NCBI GenBank assembly: GCA_964019335.1
Contig: OZ025755.1
Span: 62,001 to 126,000, forward strand
DNA: 64,000 bases
Direction: 5' to 3'
Source of the DNA: Diplonema japonicum
Taxonomy: Eukaryota; Protista; Euglenozoa: Diplonemea
In this document: positions 30,615 to 42,542 of the stretch, piece after piece
Layout: every line of letters starts with the position of its first letter
Position numbering within the stretch: the stretch's first letter is position 1
Position numbers and translations under genes: made by a program
Notes under the pieces: model-generated
The model's database searches: none
Seen by the model: only the letters and a program-made list of their open reading frames with translations
Told to the model about the DNA's origin: nothing

Positions 30615-31001
30615 TCAATGAGGATGGCATACCATGCACGTCGGGCAGATCATATGTTCACAGGATTTGAATTCGCAGGCCCGGCCGCCCTTCGTGTCCA
30701 TCTTACCGTTGGATTCGTCGCAGGCCCACTTGTGCTCCCTCACCTTTCGAAGCTGCTTCAACCGTCCAGGGCATGATGGACATGGTCCCATACTCTGATT
30801 CACCCACTCCTTCCTGAGTTTTTCGATGGCACTTTTGTTGAGTTCGGTATTTTTTTCGTCGTGGGTGGGGACACCAAAATCATCGAAAGCAGAGTACTTG
30901 TCCCTCTGCATCTTAAACATTTCCCTAGAATTTTTTTTTGGGGGGGGAAAGAAGAAAGGTACATACCCGGCAGGGAGGTGATTGGGTTCGCTTGCTGGCA
31001 T
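30615..31001 (-). CDS. Chimeric small gene: duplicated GlnRS C-terminal tail + Cys-rich zinc finger; intron 30925-30966
   Basis: LPAG|EMFKMQRDKYSAFDDFGVPTHDEKNTELNKSAIEKLRKEW matches the GlnRS tail, with an intron at the same position and phase. It continues as CPSC..LKQLRK..WACDES..RACEFKSCEHMICPTC. Open frame with its own A-run/ATG; expression unproven. Confidence 0.65.
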   Translation of the reverse strand: MPASEPNHLPAGYVPFFFPPPKKNSREMFKMQRDKYSAFDDFGVPTHDEKNTELNKSAIEKLRKEWVNQSMGPCPSCPGRLKQLRKVREHKWACDESNGKMDTKGGRACEFKSCEHMICPTCMVCHPH

Positions 31002-31150
31002 TTCTTTTTTTTTTTAAATTCCCCCCCTCTTCTCGTGGTTTATTGGACAAGGCAATAAGAAAAGGATGTTCGGCGGAAAAAAAAAAAAAAAAAAAAAAAA
31101 GAACTTTTCTACACAAAAAAAAAAATATCTAAAATAAAATAAAAAAAAGC

Positions 31151-32415
31151 CTACAACCCCTCACCGCTTGTCATATCGTCATCACTGAAGCACACGTAGA
31201 GCCCGTTAGCATCCTTCCCCCCAGAAAAAGTTCCACCACTACCATTGCCCCCGATCGGGACGCTCGGGAGCGGGATGGTCCCGAGGACCTCAAGATAGCT
31301 GTCGACGTATTCGTGGGTCAGCTGGAATTTTTTTTTTTTTTTTTTTTTTGAAATACCTTAAGTAACTCGCCTGTAGCGTTCCTCCCGTGCAGAGCGTGCA
31401 GCATAGAAGCTTGGAGGGACTCCATCCCGGGGAGGACAGAAGAGTAAGGAAACTGCGAGGCCGTCGCCTCCTTCGCCCTGCGCACCGCTTCCTCCTCCGC
31501 GACCATTCGGTTCAAATCCGCCAGTTTGTACCGATACTCGGCGCACTGATGGCAAACTGAAGAATCGGTATAAGTCGTTTGCATTCTTACAGAAGGTGGT
31601 GTTGGTGACCGTACTTCCTCAGGAGACGCTGGTAGGGACCCGTCGACCTGTCCGTGCGACTGTTGTCGAAGCCTTGCAGACATGCTACCGATGGTGTCCT
31701 TTGCCTTGATCAGCTCGGAACGGAGGGCCTCGATCCCATCCTCAAGAACCATTTGGTCTTGAAGCCCTGTTTTCCCCACCGATGCTGTAAGTTTTAACGC
31801 CTCGCCCATGGCGGTGGAACCCTTACCCTCGGCCTTGGAGGCTTCTGTTACAAGAAGCGCGTACCTTTCCTCCCATGTGAAGCATTTTTGCTTCCACCGT
31901 TCTACTAGTGTTTCCAGTCGGTGGAGTCGGGAAGCACCTTCGTTGTCTGGTGAGTGGCGGGAAGGTGATGGGGTTTTAAGTCTTCCGGGTGCTCCACCAC
32001 CTCCTGGCATAGGGCGTCTTGCTTGGTGTTGAGACATGTTTGATGGCAGCTGTGAATCTTCTCTTTGAGCAGCAGATTGCCATTCGGAAGAACCGTCGAT
32101 TTTTGCTTGCATTTCTTGAAGTTGTTTCCGCCTTGCCTCGTTGAGTTGTTGCAGTCGTGCGACTTCTCTTCTCAAAACTCTGTTTTCTTCTTCAAGATCC
32201 ATGAGATCCTGTGTGCTTCTCGGGCCGTATGGTGGGCTTCCGGCTGCAGGGATGTTTCCCAGGTCTTTTCGCTCGTCACCTCCCCAGCTATTTCTCGGAT
32301 TGTACATCGGTGGGAAACTGTCGGTTTCTTCCTCGCTGCCTATGGCTACGGAGTTGGCATCTTCTTTGAGCCCGGTATGTGTCGGGATGGAGGTACGAAT
32401 GCTGCTCCCCAACAT
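31151..32415 (-). CDS. Hypothetical coiled-coil protein; intron 31322-31356
   Basis: Heptad-rich segments. A 35-nt intron gtatttc(A)n ttccag joins ELLK to LTHEYVDSYLEV..GEGL*. Confidence 0.75.
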
Positions 32416-32446
32416 TTTTTTTTTTTGTGCTTTTGTGTGTTCCAAC

Positions 32447-32490
<44 letters not shown>

Positions 32491-33060
32491 AATGTGAAAA
32501 AAAAGATAGAAACATGGAAAAAAAAAAGAAAAAAAGTTAAGAACAATAAGTAAATAAGCAAAACTATAATGGGGGAGGAGGGTTTTTTTTTTTTTTTTTT
32601 TTTTTTTGCGAGAACCAACCCCGTTCTGTGTTTTGAAGTTTTGAAGAGAGTAAATAAGGCGGGAGGGAAGATTACGGGAGCAGGGGGGGAAAAGAGATGG
32701 TATAGGTGTCCCCCCCCCCCCCCCCCCCCCCCTCTACAGGTGTCTAAAAACTCAGATGTGCGTACGAAGAAAAAAAAAACTTCCCTCTTCCTCAAGTGAT
32801 ATATTTCGCTTGAGGGAAGGTGCTAAGTAACGCAGCTTAATCAATAAGTTAATGGGGGGGGGGGGGGGGCACCTTTGAAATGATTTAGGAAATCACTCTT
32901 TACCCGTGTAAAAAAAAAAAAAAAAAATAGTCTTGAGTCCACTCTTTTTTTTTTCTTTCTTTCATTTCTTTTTTTTCCCATTTTCCTTTTTTTTTCAACA
33001 GCTGGCGAATTGACTTCAACCAAGAAAAAATAAATCTCGAGTCCTTTTTTTTTTTTTTAA

Positions 33061-34674
33061 CCATTAAACCCACATGTCATATATTTTTGACATAAAAAAA
33101 AAAGAAAAAATATATAGGCCTTTTAGTCAAATTATGACCTTTCTTTCACTTTTCTGACGCCATTGCGCGATTTTTTCCACTTTGTTTGGCTAAATGCTGC
33201 CCTTTTTCAGCATTATTTTAAGAATTTGAGAGGTCGAAAATCCGGGGAAAAAATGATTTTAGAATGAAGAATACTCGACTGGAGCAGAGGGCTGGTCGTG
33301 AGTGATAAAGAATGCGAAGAAATGTCAGAAAATGGTAGTTCTGAGTCTAGTAGTGCTTGGGGGGAGGAAAGTGTGGAAGAATTGGAGGAAATGGGGTGGA
33401 AAGAGGCAGTGTAATCGAACCAGCAGACGACCCAACAGGGAAGAGCCCTCTCCAGCTTTTTTATTCGTTTTTTACACCATACACCCTCCGATGCCTGACA
33501 GCATTCACAAACAACCACCTGGAGCGCCGCAAAATCGACAAAAGAGTCACGGAAGCCGAAATCCGAGCGTTTCTGGGCCTATGGGTGTTAATGGACCTCA
33601 CCACCCGTCCCAACTTCCGTGACTACTGGAAAACCGATCCTGACTCCATTATGCATACTCAGGGGTTTGCGCGCGTCATGTCCGGAAACCGGTTTGAGCT
33701 GTTCTTTGGAAACATATATCTGTGCCCGGGACCTGATCAGTGGCAGGGAGGAAAGCTTGTGCTTCTCCTGAGCGCACCCCCTTTCAAGCCAAAGATGACC
33801 GCCACTCGGCAAAGATGGGTCGGCAAGGCAAAGAAAAAATCCAGGGTCGCCTTTCCCATTCCAAAGGTCGTTGAAACCTACACCTCCCTTATGGGGGGTG
33901 TAGATGGGAACGACGCTGCCACCCAACGCAACACAAACCGGTGGCAGATGAAAATATTAAGGTTCCTGCTTGACAAAAGCCTCTTCAACTGCTGGGTACT
34001 TGCGAAGAGCGTCAATTCCCCCATCAAGTTCAATGAACTGGAAGAATGCATCGCACACGGCCTCTGTAAATGCATGGGCAAAGAACCTGCACCATCGAGA
34101 CCACAAGACTCGAAGGATGAAAGGTTTGACCGCATCAAAGGGCATTTTCCTGCAAAGATTAGCATAATAAGTGCGTAGTCCATCATTGCATGGTCCCAGA
34201 AGGTCCTCTGGCTATGAATGTTCCACCTGTGGCAAGTATTCCACACCTTGCTTTTGGCTTACCACCTGAACGGAGACATCACCGAGGATGATCTTCAGGA
34301 GCCCGAAACACCGACAAGTACCAGAAACTCACTGATGGACCCCCGGACCCCCTCCACTGGCCAGAGAGGTGTGAAACGCAAGCTAAATCTGGGCTAGAAT
34401 AGTGTTACAAGGGGTTTTTAGTGCATTTTATTATTATTTATTTTGCACTTTTTCCTACTCCTCTTCCCCCCCTTTACCAAAAAGGGTGTTGGGTCAAAAA
34501 TCATAAGTTCAAAAGCCAGTTCAGGGGAACCCTGATACCTGAATGTCTCCAGAGGTCATTTCTCCATAAAAAAAACACTTTGTATGGTTAAATGCTGCCA
34601 CTTTTTTTGAATTCTTTGGAATCGCCTCAAAAATGGGCTTTTTTCGGTTTTTTTTTTGCCTGTGGGCTTAATGG
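33061..34674 (+). mobile_element. Defective piggyBac element 1
   Basis: TTAA at 33057-33060 and 34675-34678. TIRs ccattaaacccaca / tgtgggcttaatgg (1 mismatch). Broken transposase with EIRAFLG, RDYW, MSGNRFE, MGGVDGND and a degenerate Cys-rich tail; central catalytic region deleted. Confidence 0.92.
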
Positions 34675-34832
34675 TTAAAAAATTAAAAAGGCGTCTTCTT
34701 GACTCATCATTTCCCCTTATTTTCATTCTTTTTTTTTTTTTTTTTTGTTTCCCGGAAAATAACTTTCCCCCAGGAAGGTTTCAGCCACAACAATAAACAA
34801 AAACAAAAAACTTTTTTTTTTTTTTTTTTTAA

Positions 34833-37031
34833 CCATTAAAGGACGGGGGTTTTTGGGCAAAAAAAAGGTCACCATCGACTTTTTTATTTTCTAAAATTAA
34901 AACATCCTCGAGCATGCAACCATAGAACGACGCTTGTGTAAAAGAAAATACATCACCCAGGAGGGACAAAAAACACCCCCAGACGCCCCTCAAAGGCCCT
35001 GGGAAGTGAATAGAATAAGGAATTGAAGTGAAATTTATTGTAAAAACCCACCCATAGGTTAGACACTTCCTTACTTTTTTCGCTTGGGCCTCGGAGTGCT
35101 AGGGGGGGTTTTGCTTTTGGGACTTGGCTCAGATGACGACCTGGGGAGAAGGGTATGTGTTTGGAGACGCTGGTACCTTCGGCGTTTCTTCGGTGTGGCC
35201 GGGCCTCCAGAGGGGGTAGATTGGGGTGGGTAAACCACCGGTTCGTGATAGTCCGCAAAGCAAGCTGGGCACAGATGCACGTTACAAGCCTTGCAGATGA
35301 AGATAGTTTGCACCCGGACCCCCAAAACACGCATGTGGTGTGTGCATTGTCTTGCTGCATCCAGTTTTTTGGACCAGTGACCTTTGGTGAAGTCGCGCCT
35401 GGCATCTTCCCTGGGCCCCTCGGTCCCCATTTCAGAACGGGTGCTTGCTGGGCGGTTGTTTCCGGACTGGCGCATAACAGACGAAAAGCTGTTGTCGCTC
35501 ATCGCGAACCCGTTTTTGGGCCTGCCTGGGCCTACTTGCTTCTTCACTGGGGCAAGATTAGGTACATTCTGGCGGTTTTCTTCGGATTGTTACCACCATT
35601 GACTGGACTTTCCTCGGATTGTTTCCACCACAAACCCGATTCCCACATCTGTTGTACAAGGGTAACGCCAGTATAGAAGTTATCGATGCCGGGGTACAAG
35701 GGGAACGCTACCGATGCCGAGCCATCCACCAGGTGGACACGAATAGTGGCATCGACAAGTCACGTGGGGTGCGCTTTCAGACTGAGCACGACGTTCACTT
35801 CATGTCAAGCAAGACGCCATTGAAGGCACCGCAGGAGATACGGGAGAACGTTGTAAGAGCTTTCATTGTCGCGCTCGAGCTGCAGGACAAGAAGCTCGAA
35901 GCAGAGCTCCGCCGCCGAGACATTCTGGTCGCCATGTTGTCCTTTTTTGGCATCATAAGCATTGGTGCTTCTGCAGTGATCACGTGGTTCACCAATCCTG
36001 TACGCGAGTCAGGGCTCCCAAACACCAGCACCCCCCTACAATGACCTCGATCCTTCACCAAATGGGAAGGTAATATGCCAAGTGCTGAGATACCTCACAT
36101 CGGGGTCCACAGTGCTGTGTTTGATTGCTTTTTCACGCTTTTACAATGGTATTAGCACTGCGGACAGTAGATCGACAAGTTGAACACGACCCTGTGTCAG
36201 ATCCTGTCCGGTGGCACAGCCTCACCTGTCCTCTTTGCAGGCTGGAATACTCTGAAGCGATGCCTACCGTGTGACTTGATCATACTCTCATCAATGATCG
36301 ATTCTCCGGGGGAATAGTGTTGCAGACAGGTAGGGGAGCAAGAATCTTATTTTTTGCAACCTGTCTGTCTCTTCACCCCTCCAAAATGCAACGACCGCTG
36401 TAAGCGCAAAAAGCAGTAACGTTTCATTACACTTGCCAAAAAAAGGTGTGGCGAGGGCACAAATGGTCGGCCAGTAATCTTTTATGCCAGCCTTGCGGAT
36501 GATGTCCATGAGCACCCACAAGGCCAGAAACTGATAGATATCGTCCACAGTGAAGTCAAAGTCGGGGTTGTGGTACTTGCAAACGGTGCAAAGAGATTTC
36601 ACAAACCCCATTGAGATGAACAGCTTGGAAATCCTTGATGCACTCATGTGGGAAAAGGGTGATTTCTGCCCCCCCTGTGCCCTGTCACTTCTTACGCGTA
36701 ACCTGCGTAATATCGCTCTCCCAGGGCATATTTTCACTCTTCTCGTCACTACTGGCGCTAGGTGAGGTCCCATCGTCAGTGAGAATGTCCCCTTAGGCAC
36801 TCCCGAACTCGTCTGAATCAGTACTGCTCATATGAGCTTTCGTGCCACCAAAAACTGGTTTCGAGGGTGTTTTTGGAGGTTAATCTAGGGGACAAAAGTG
36901 ATTTTCGATGGAAAAGAAATCGCGGAACTAGGTCATTCTGTGCAAGGGTAAGGGTCTATGGTACTTAAAATGCCTATACAAAAATTTTAATTTTTTGATC
37001 GCTAGATATCTAGCGCTTCGTCCTTTAATGG
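34833..37031 (-). mobile_element. Defective piggyBac element 2
   Basis: TTAA at 34829-34832 and 37032-37035. Perfect 13-bp TIRs ccattaaaggacg / cgtcctttaatgg. Minus-strand fragments IKDYW, IDESMIKSHGR, IDNFYTG and C-terminal CKACNVHLCPACFADYH. Confidence 0.92.
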
Positions 37032-37400
37032 TTAAATTTTTTTTTTCAATACCACTCAAACTCCACATTTCTTTTTTTTTTTGAAAGGGAAAATATAATG
37101 AAAAGGAAGTAACATAAACGAGAGTCCAATTTCTTTCCGGTTGCGGGAACTAAAAAGAAAGAGAGAAAAAAAATTTTTTTGGTGTCATTGAGTGACGTGT
37201 ATCTGCTCCATCCTTTTTTCCCCCCTTCTTTTTTTTCTCCCCCCCCCAGGCAGGGGAGTGCTAAAGGAGGAAAAAAAGAGGGGGGGGAAAAAAAAGGAAC
37301 CAGATGCTTGAGCAAATACAAAAAAAAAGTGAACTCCAATTTTTTTTTTTTTTCCAGTTCTTCCAACAACAACGTTTTTATTTTTTTATTTTTTTTTTAT

Positions 37401-37582
37401 TACCATGTGTACTTAAAAAAGTCCCAAAATTGGGCAAAAAATTTGAAAAAAAGGTACATAATAAAATTTAGTAGCCCAGGGTCGTCAGTCCGTGAGCTCC
37501 AATTTTATTTTTTTATGTAGAACTGTTTTGATTTAACGGTCACATCATTAATAAAGGAAACAAAGTAAGTACAAATACGGTA
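37401..37582. mobile_element. Degenerate MITE, TA-flanked (Tc1/mariner-pogo-like ends)
   Basis: Ends taccatgtgtactta and taagtacaaatacggta are imperfect inverted repeats. The left 60 bp match the terminus of the element at 1-960. Confidence 0.55.
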
Positions 37583-37684
37583 ATTTCAAGAGAAAAGATA
37601 TTCACCAAGTCTTAACAAACTAAGTGAGGGTAGCAGAAAAATAAGGGAACCATTATACAAGTTCCAAATTAATTCTGGAGGGGG

Positions 37685-37686
<2 letters not shown>

Positions 37687-37740
<54 letters not shown>
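37687..37740 (+). repeat. (GA)n microsatellite
   Basis: About 27 uninterrupted GA units. Confidence 0.95.
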
Positions 37741-37744
<4 letters not shown>

Positions 37745-38370
37745 TACCCAGGCAGAGGCCGGTATCATATGTATAATAGTAGGGAAGGGGAGGGAATAGA
37801 ACAACACATCTTATTTTTTTCATTTCGCCGTATAAAAAAAAAAAAAAAAAGAGAGTGTGTTCAAATACAACTTTCTTTTTTTTCTTTTTTTTGTTTCCGT
37901 TTAGCTCTGTTTTTTTTTGAACATTTTTTGAATAGAAAGAAGGAGGGAAGCCCTCTCTCCATTTAAAAGATAATATAAAAAAAAACAAAACACTAAACAC
38001 ACACTTTTTTTTTTTGTACCAATTATACTACTTGTACTTGAAAGAGAAAAAAAAATTAAAAATATTTGATAAGGTATTACCAGTAATAGAAGCGGGGGAG
38101 AGAGGGAAAAAAAAAAGAAAAAAAGAAGAAGAAAAAAAAAGCAACAAGTCTTTTGCTAGACGTGCCACCATCCTCCCCTTTTTATTTATTTATTTTTTTC
38201 CAACAAGAATAGTATTTTCCTTGAAGGACAAGGGAAGAGGGAATTCGGCAGGGAAAGGGAAATAAGAAAAAAAAAAAAGAAAAAAAAAAAAAAAAAACCA
38301 TCTAACACCTTCATACGCTTTTTTTTTTTTTTTTTTTTTAATGAAGGTATTGACTATTGACTGAAGAATG

Positions 38371-38408
<38 letters not shown>

Positions 38409-40280
38409 TCACAAGAGCACAGTCCCCTCGCATGCTGCCTGTTCTACATCTTCTTCATCCTCGATTTCAACCGACTCAGCGGCAACGGGACTGCCGACAG
38501 AACGACGGGCCCTGCCAACAGCAAAAAGCACGACACCCCCGATACCAGCAACTAACCCGACACACATCACAACCAAAAAAGTAAAGTTGGTGGTCTCCTC
38601 CTGCTCCTTCTCACCATTCTTACCAAGTAAACCAATAGATGAAGTTGATACCGCCTCAGAACCACCGCACTCCATTAGCTTCATTAACGACATCATTCCA
38701 TTGTCCTCATGCTGTAGAAGGTGGCAATGAACAACAGCTTCGCCAACAAATCTCACTGGTTTCATTCTGACTACTGTCCCGACCCCACCCCAAGAAGGGA
38801 CTACATCACGCCATTCACCGTTCCTCAGAACCATTCCTGTGTTGTCTGACCCGTCGTAGATTTGAAAATGGTTGATGTGCTGATGGTAAGGGTGGAACGG
38901 TGTGCTAGAAAGTACAGGGCCGTCAGGGTTGTGTGTCGCACGACCAGCACCGCCCAGTGTAATCTGGTACGATTTGTCAAGACAGAATTCTTCAACATAT
39001 TTCCCGTCTCCTTCGTGTTCCCACCCAGGCCATGAAACACCGTTTACCGAGTACCCCGAAGCCCCACCACCTCCCAATAAAATATCCTCCACACCTGTTT
39101 CCCCGCCTATCTGAACACTCGCTTCCATCAACGACGTCAGGTAGCTTGGGAAAGGGACTTCCGATGTAGGGACAGCAGTGCGGCGCATCCCGTTTCGAAT
39201 CTTGAGTTTTAGAATACTCTCTTGGGAGAAGGTGTTTGTTTCAGAAGGGTTCACCGACGGGTTTGGATTCGCACGGATGTTGATAACTACTTCATTCACA
39301 CCCTCTGGAAGGGAGCATATCACAGCAACATCAGCACGTGTTCCCTGAAGCAAAACGATGGTCGACAATTGCAGGTAAGGTGTTTGGTGAAACACACCAT
39401 CTCTGGCGAGGAGTGTCATGTTGCACAAATTGTTGTCATCGTCAAGCTCAAGACACAGGTGCTGTCCGTCGCCAGCGTGGACCATTCTAAGTAGGGCCGC
39501 ATCGTTGTTCACCATCTCGACCTCCGGGGATAGGACACCGTTTACTACATAAAAATTACCTGTTCCGTCGTTCGGAAGAGGTTGTCCCTCCTCCCATTGC
39601 AGGTCAAGCGGTACTGTAACCGGGTCGTACAGTTCCACGAGATCTTTGTGCGTGTGAAAGTTCCAGAACCCCCCCGCCGCATCGTCCCCGAACGCAAGGT
39701 AATTCAGCATTAACGGTGGGACACGCGATCTTCTGTACAGTCTTCTTATATCGTTTGGAAGTTGAAAAGATGGGGAAGCGTCCATTAGCAACATGCCAGC
39801 AAGACCGCCGAGTGCTTGTAAAGCAGTGCTTCCATGGTGGTGAGCGTGGTACCAATGTGTCCCCATGAGGTGGTAGTCAGGAATTGTGTATTCGTAAGTG
39901 TGTTCCTCGCCAGGGTTGATGTGGGTGTCAATGTTGTCATCTGTTGGGGAGACGTGGAGGCCGTGGGTGTGAAGAGATGTGGTGTCTTGGCAGTGGTAGC
40001 CGTTTTCGTGTTCTGTACAGGGTTCGCCGTCAAGGTTGTTTACAACCTTTAGCTTGCACTCCTGTCCCGCTTGCATGCGGATGGTCGTGCTTGGGAAGGT
40101 GATTTCACCGTCTACTCTGTACACTCGTGTTTTGAACCTCACCACCCCTTCGATGGTTACCTCGGAGGCCTCCACTTCCAGTACCACTTCCCTCCCCCCT
40201 GTGCATGTTACTTCTCTTACTTCAGGTACTGCAATACCTTCATTGTACGCTATGCAAAGAAGAAGCACGGCGATGCGCAT
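38409..40280 (-). CDS. Membrane-anchored multicopper oxidase
   Basis: Signal peptide MRIAVLLLCIA. All four Cu motifs: LHTHGLH, WYHAHHHG, HPYHQHINHF, HCHLLQHEDNGMM. C-terminal TM helix. Confidence 0.92.
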   Translation of the reverse strand: MRIAVLLLCIAYNEGIAVPEVREVTCTGGREVVLEVEASEVTIEGVVRFKTRVYRVDGEITFPSTTIRMQAGQECKLKVVNNLDGEPCTEHENGYHCQDTTSLHTHGLHVSPTDDNIDTHINPGEEHTYEYTIPDYHLMGTHWYHAHHHGSTALQALGGLAGMLLMDASPSFQLPNDIRRLYRRSRVPPLMLNYLAFGDDAAGGFWNFHTHKDLVELYDPVTVPLDLQWEEGQPLPNDGTGNFYVVNGVLSPEVEMVNNDAALLRMVHAGDGQHLCLELDDDNNLCNMTLLARDGVFHQTPYLQLSTIVLLQGTRADVAVICSLPEGVNEVVINIRANPNPSVNPSETNTFSQESILKLKIRNGMRRTAVPTSEVPFPSYLTSLMEASVQIGGETGVEDILLGGGGASGYSVNGVSWPGWEHEGDGKYVEEFCLDKSYQITLGGAGRATHNPDGPVLSSTPFHPYHQHINHFQIYDGSDNTGMVLRNGEWRDVVPSWGGVGTVVRMKPVRFVGEAVVHCHLLQHEDNGMMSLMKLMECGGSEAVSTSSIGLLGKNGEKEQEETTNFTFLVVMCVGLVAGIGGVVLFAVGRARRSVGSPVAAESVEIEDEEDVEQAACEGTVLL

Positions 40281-41118
40281 TTTTTTTTTCCAGAATGAGA
40301 ATCTGTGGGGGGGGGGGGGGTCATTTAAAAAAGTTTTGTAACATGAGGGGGGAAATTTCTGCAGAAAACCATGACGGGGTTTTACTCTTTGGGCCATTTT
40401 TTCCGGGGATTTTCGGTGTTGGGTTCGTATTTTTTTTTTTTTTTTTTTTTTTTTCCCCTTCTCATCGCACTTCTGACACATGCAGGGCACTTAACAAGCA
40501 ACATGCAGCGTATTGGGGTGGATTTATTATTATTTTTTTTTTCTTTGGCACGGGAGGCCCTTATAAATAAAAGGAAAAAAAAGAAAAGAAAAAAAAAACT
40601 TAGTCACTACCAAATGAGCCGTAATTTAATCTCATCCCGAGTAGCAGCATCCAGAGCAGGTGCAGCTTCTGGGTACGGGTGCATAGTTCATGTGTATACT
40701 TTCCCTGTGCTTGGGTCTCATAAAGGTGTCGGAAGAGCACTGCTGAGAGTTGTTTTACACTGGCCCAGTGTGTGGCTCTTTTTTTTTCTTTTTTTTTTTC
40801 TCTTTTCTTTCTCGGCGATTCAATCTTGGTTTACAATACCCGTAAATAAGGAAAAAAATTTTTTTCTTGTTCTTTTCATTTTTTTTTTCATTAAAAAAAA
40901 ACAAAGAAGAATAGAGGCTGGAGAAGTAGTTGTAGAATAATAATAATAATAAATAAAAAAAAAAAAAAAAAAGAAACAAGAACATACTGCGCACAAAATT
41001 ATCTTACTGCTGCACCAGTTACTCCAGGACTCTGCAGGGTCGCAGGCGCCATCCCCCCTTTTTTTTTTGCTAGAAGGGAAACTTTTCTACTCACATAGAA
41101 ACAAAAAGAAATGTCGGG

Positions 41119-41154
<36 letters not shown>

Positions 41155-41382
41155 ACGCACACTTTTGCCAAACACTTTTTTTTTTCTACAAAAAAAAACC
41201 CCCCCCCACATCTATTTTTTATTTGTTTCCCCCCTCCCAGGGAGAGAGGGAGAGGAAAGAAAAAAAATCAGATTAGATTTTTTTTTCTTCTTCTTCTTCT
41301 TCTTTCATGTATGGATTGAGAAAAAACATTTTTTTTTTTAAAATTCTACAGCACCTTCTAGAAATTATCTCTATTCGCTTTT

Positions 41383-42450
41383 TCAAGAAATCACACAATC
41401 GGTTCCTTTTTTATTTTGCGAGGGAGGGGGTTTAGAAGAAGAAGCTTTCGGGAGGGGTTGCCGTCTTTCAGCCGCAACCTGTTGCCGCCTCTGGTCCCGC
41501 CGTTTCTGCTCCTTTATGTCTTGATGTACAAGAGATTGCGCGAAATTGAAATCAATCTGTTCCTGCTCGGCCTGGGTGAGCCCATTCCCATTTTTAGGAG
41601 GAGCAACGGTACCAGAAGAGGCAGCATGCGCGGCGGCCACAACATTACCTTGTCTGCCAAGGTTGGTTGGGGGTTTAAAATCGGAATCGAAAAGTTTCAT
41701 ATCACCGTTGATATCCTCTAGCGACTCCCACACCGCATCATTAACATCCACGTACCCAATGTCCGTCAATAGACTGTAAAGGTTCCCATTCCTCTTGGTG
41801 AGGGTACCGAAGTGGTTATTCCGGAATAACACGCAAAGTTCATTCTCCTGAAGGTCCGAGGTGAGGGCGAAGAGGCCTGTGTAGGTTAGTTGACCTGGGC
41901 TGTCTGATAGCCATTCTTCAGCTTGTGTTCCTTGTTCGATAGTGGATGGGTCTCGGGAAGATTCGTCCATCGTGAGCTCCTCGTTTTTTTTGATGATCCA
42001 TTCGGTTATTTGGTTATATGAACTTTGCTTGATGAGCTCGTTGTAGGAGCTGGCTTCATCGGGGAGCCACCCATGGACGAGGCGGATGGAGAAGTAGTCA
42101 AAGCATGCTAAACCCGTGCCTGTTTCGCATTCCCCGACAGCTTTGAATTTTATGTTTACGTCCATCCCGTGTTCCAGGACCGGGAGGAGGTCTAAAACCT
42201 CTTGCATGCAGAATTCTACAGCGGGATTTTCCGGGCCCCGCCTGGTCGTTTCTTCTATCATGAAATCTGCCAGCATTTTCACGAGATCCTCGTAGAGGAG
42301 TGACCGGACGCTGGGGTTGATCCGCATCCGGCGCCTTAGGAGCAGAATGTTGCAGATTGCGATGAGCGGGCAGGGGCCGTTTTCGTTTTGCATCACGATG
42401 CCTACGCTGCTGTCGAAGTAGGTTATCCGCTTTACCAGATGGGTTGTCAT
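41383..42450 (-). CDS. MINDY-1/2 family deubiquitinase
   Basis: QNENGPCPLIAI (catalytic Cys), LVHGW, QLTYTGL, FRNNHF (catalytic His), TDIGY; C-terminal CaaX CVIS. Confidence 0.93.
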   Translation of the reverse strand: MTTHLVKRITYFDSSVGIVMQNENGPCPLIAICNILLLRRRMRINPSVRSLLYEDLVKMLADFMIEETTRRGPENPAVEFCMQEVLDLLPVLEHGMDVNIKFKAVGECETGTGLACFDYFSIRLVHGWLPDEASSYNELIKQSSYNQITEWIIKKNEELTMDESSRDPSTIEQGTQAEEWLSDSPGQLTYTGLFALTSDLQENELCVLFRNNHFGTLTKRNGNLYSLLTDIGYVDVNDAVWESLEDINGDMKLFDSDFKPPTNLGRQGNVVAAAHAASSGTVAPPKNGNGLTQAEQEQIDFNFAQSLVHQDIKEQKRRDQRRQQVAAERRQPLPKASSSKPPPSQNKKGTDCVIS

Positions 42451-42542
42451 TTTTTTTTTTTTTTTCGTGTAGTCTGATTTTTTTAGAACGAAATGTTATA
42501 TTTTTTTTTTTGCGGGGGGGGAAAAAAAAAATGTTTTTTTTT

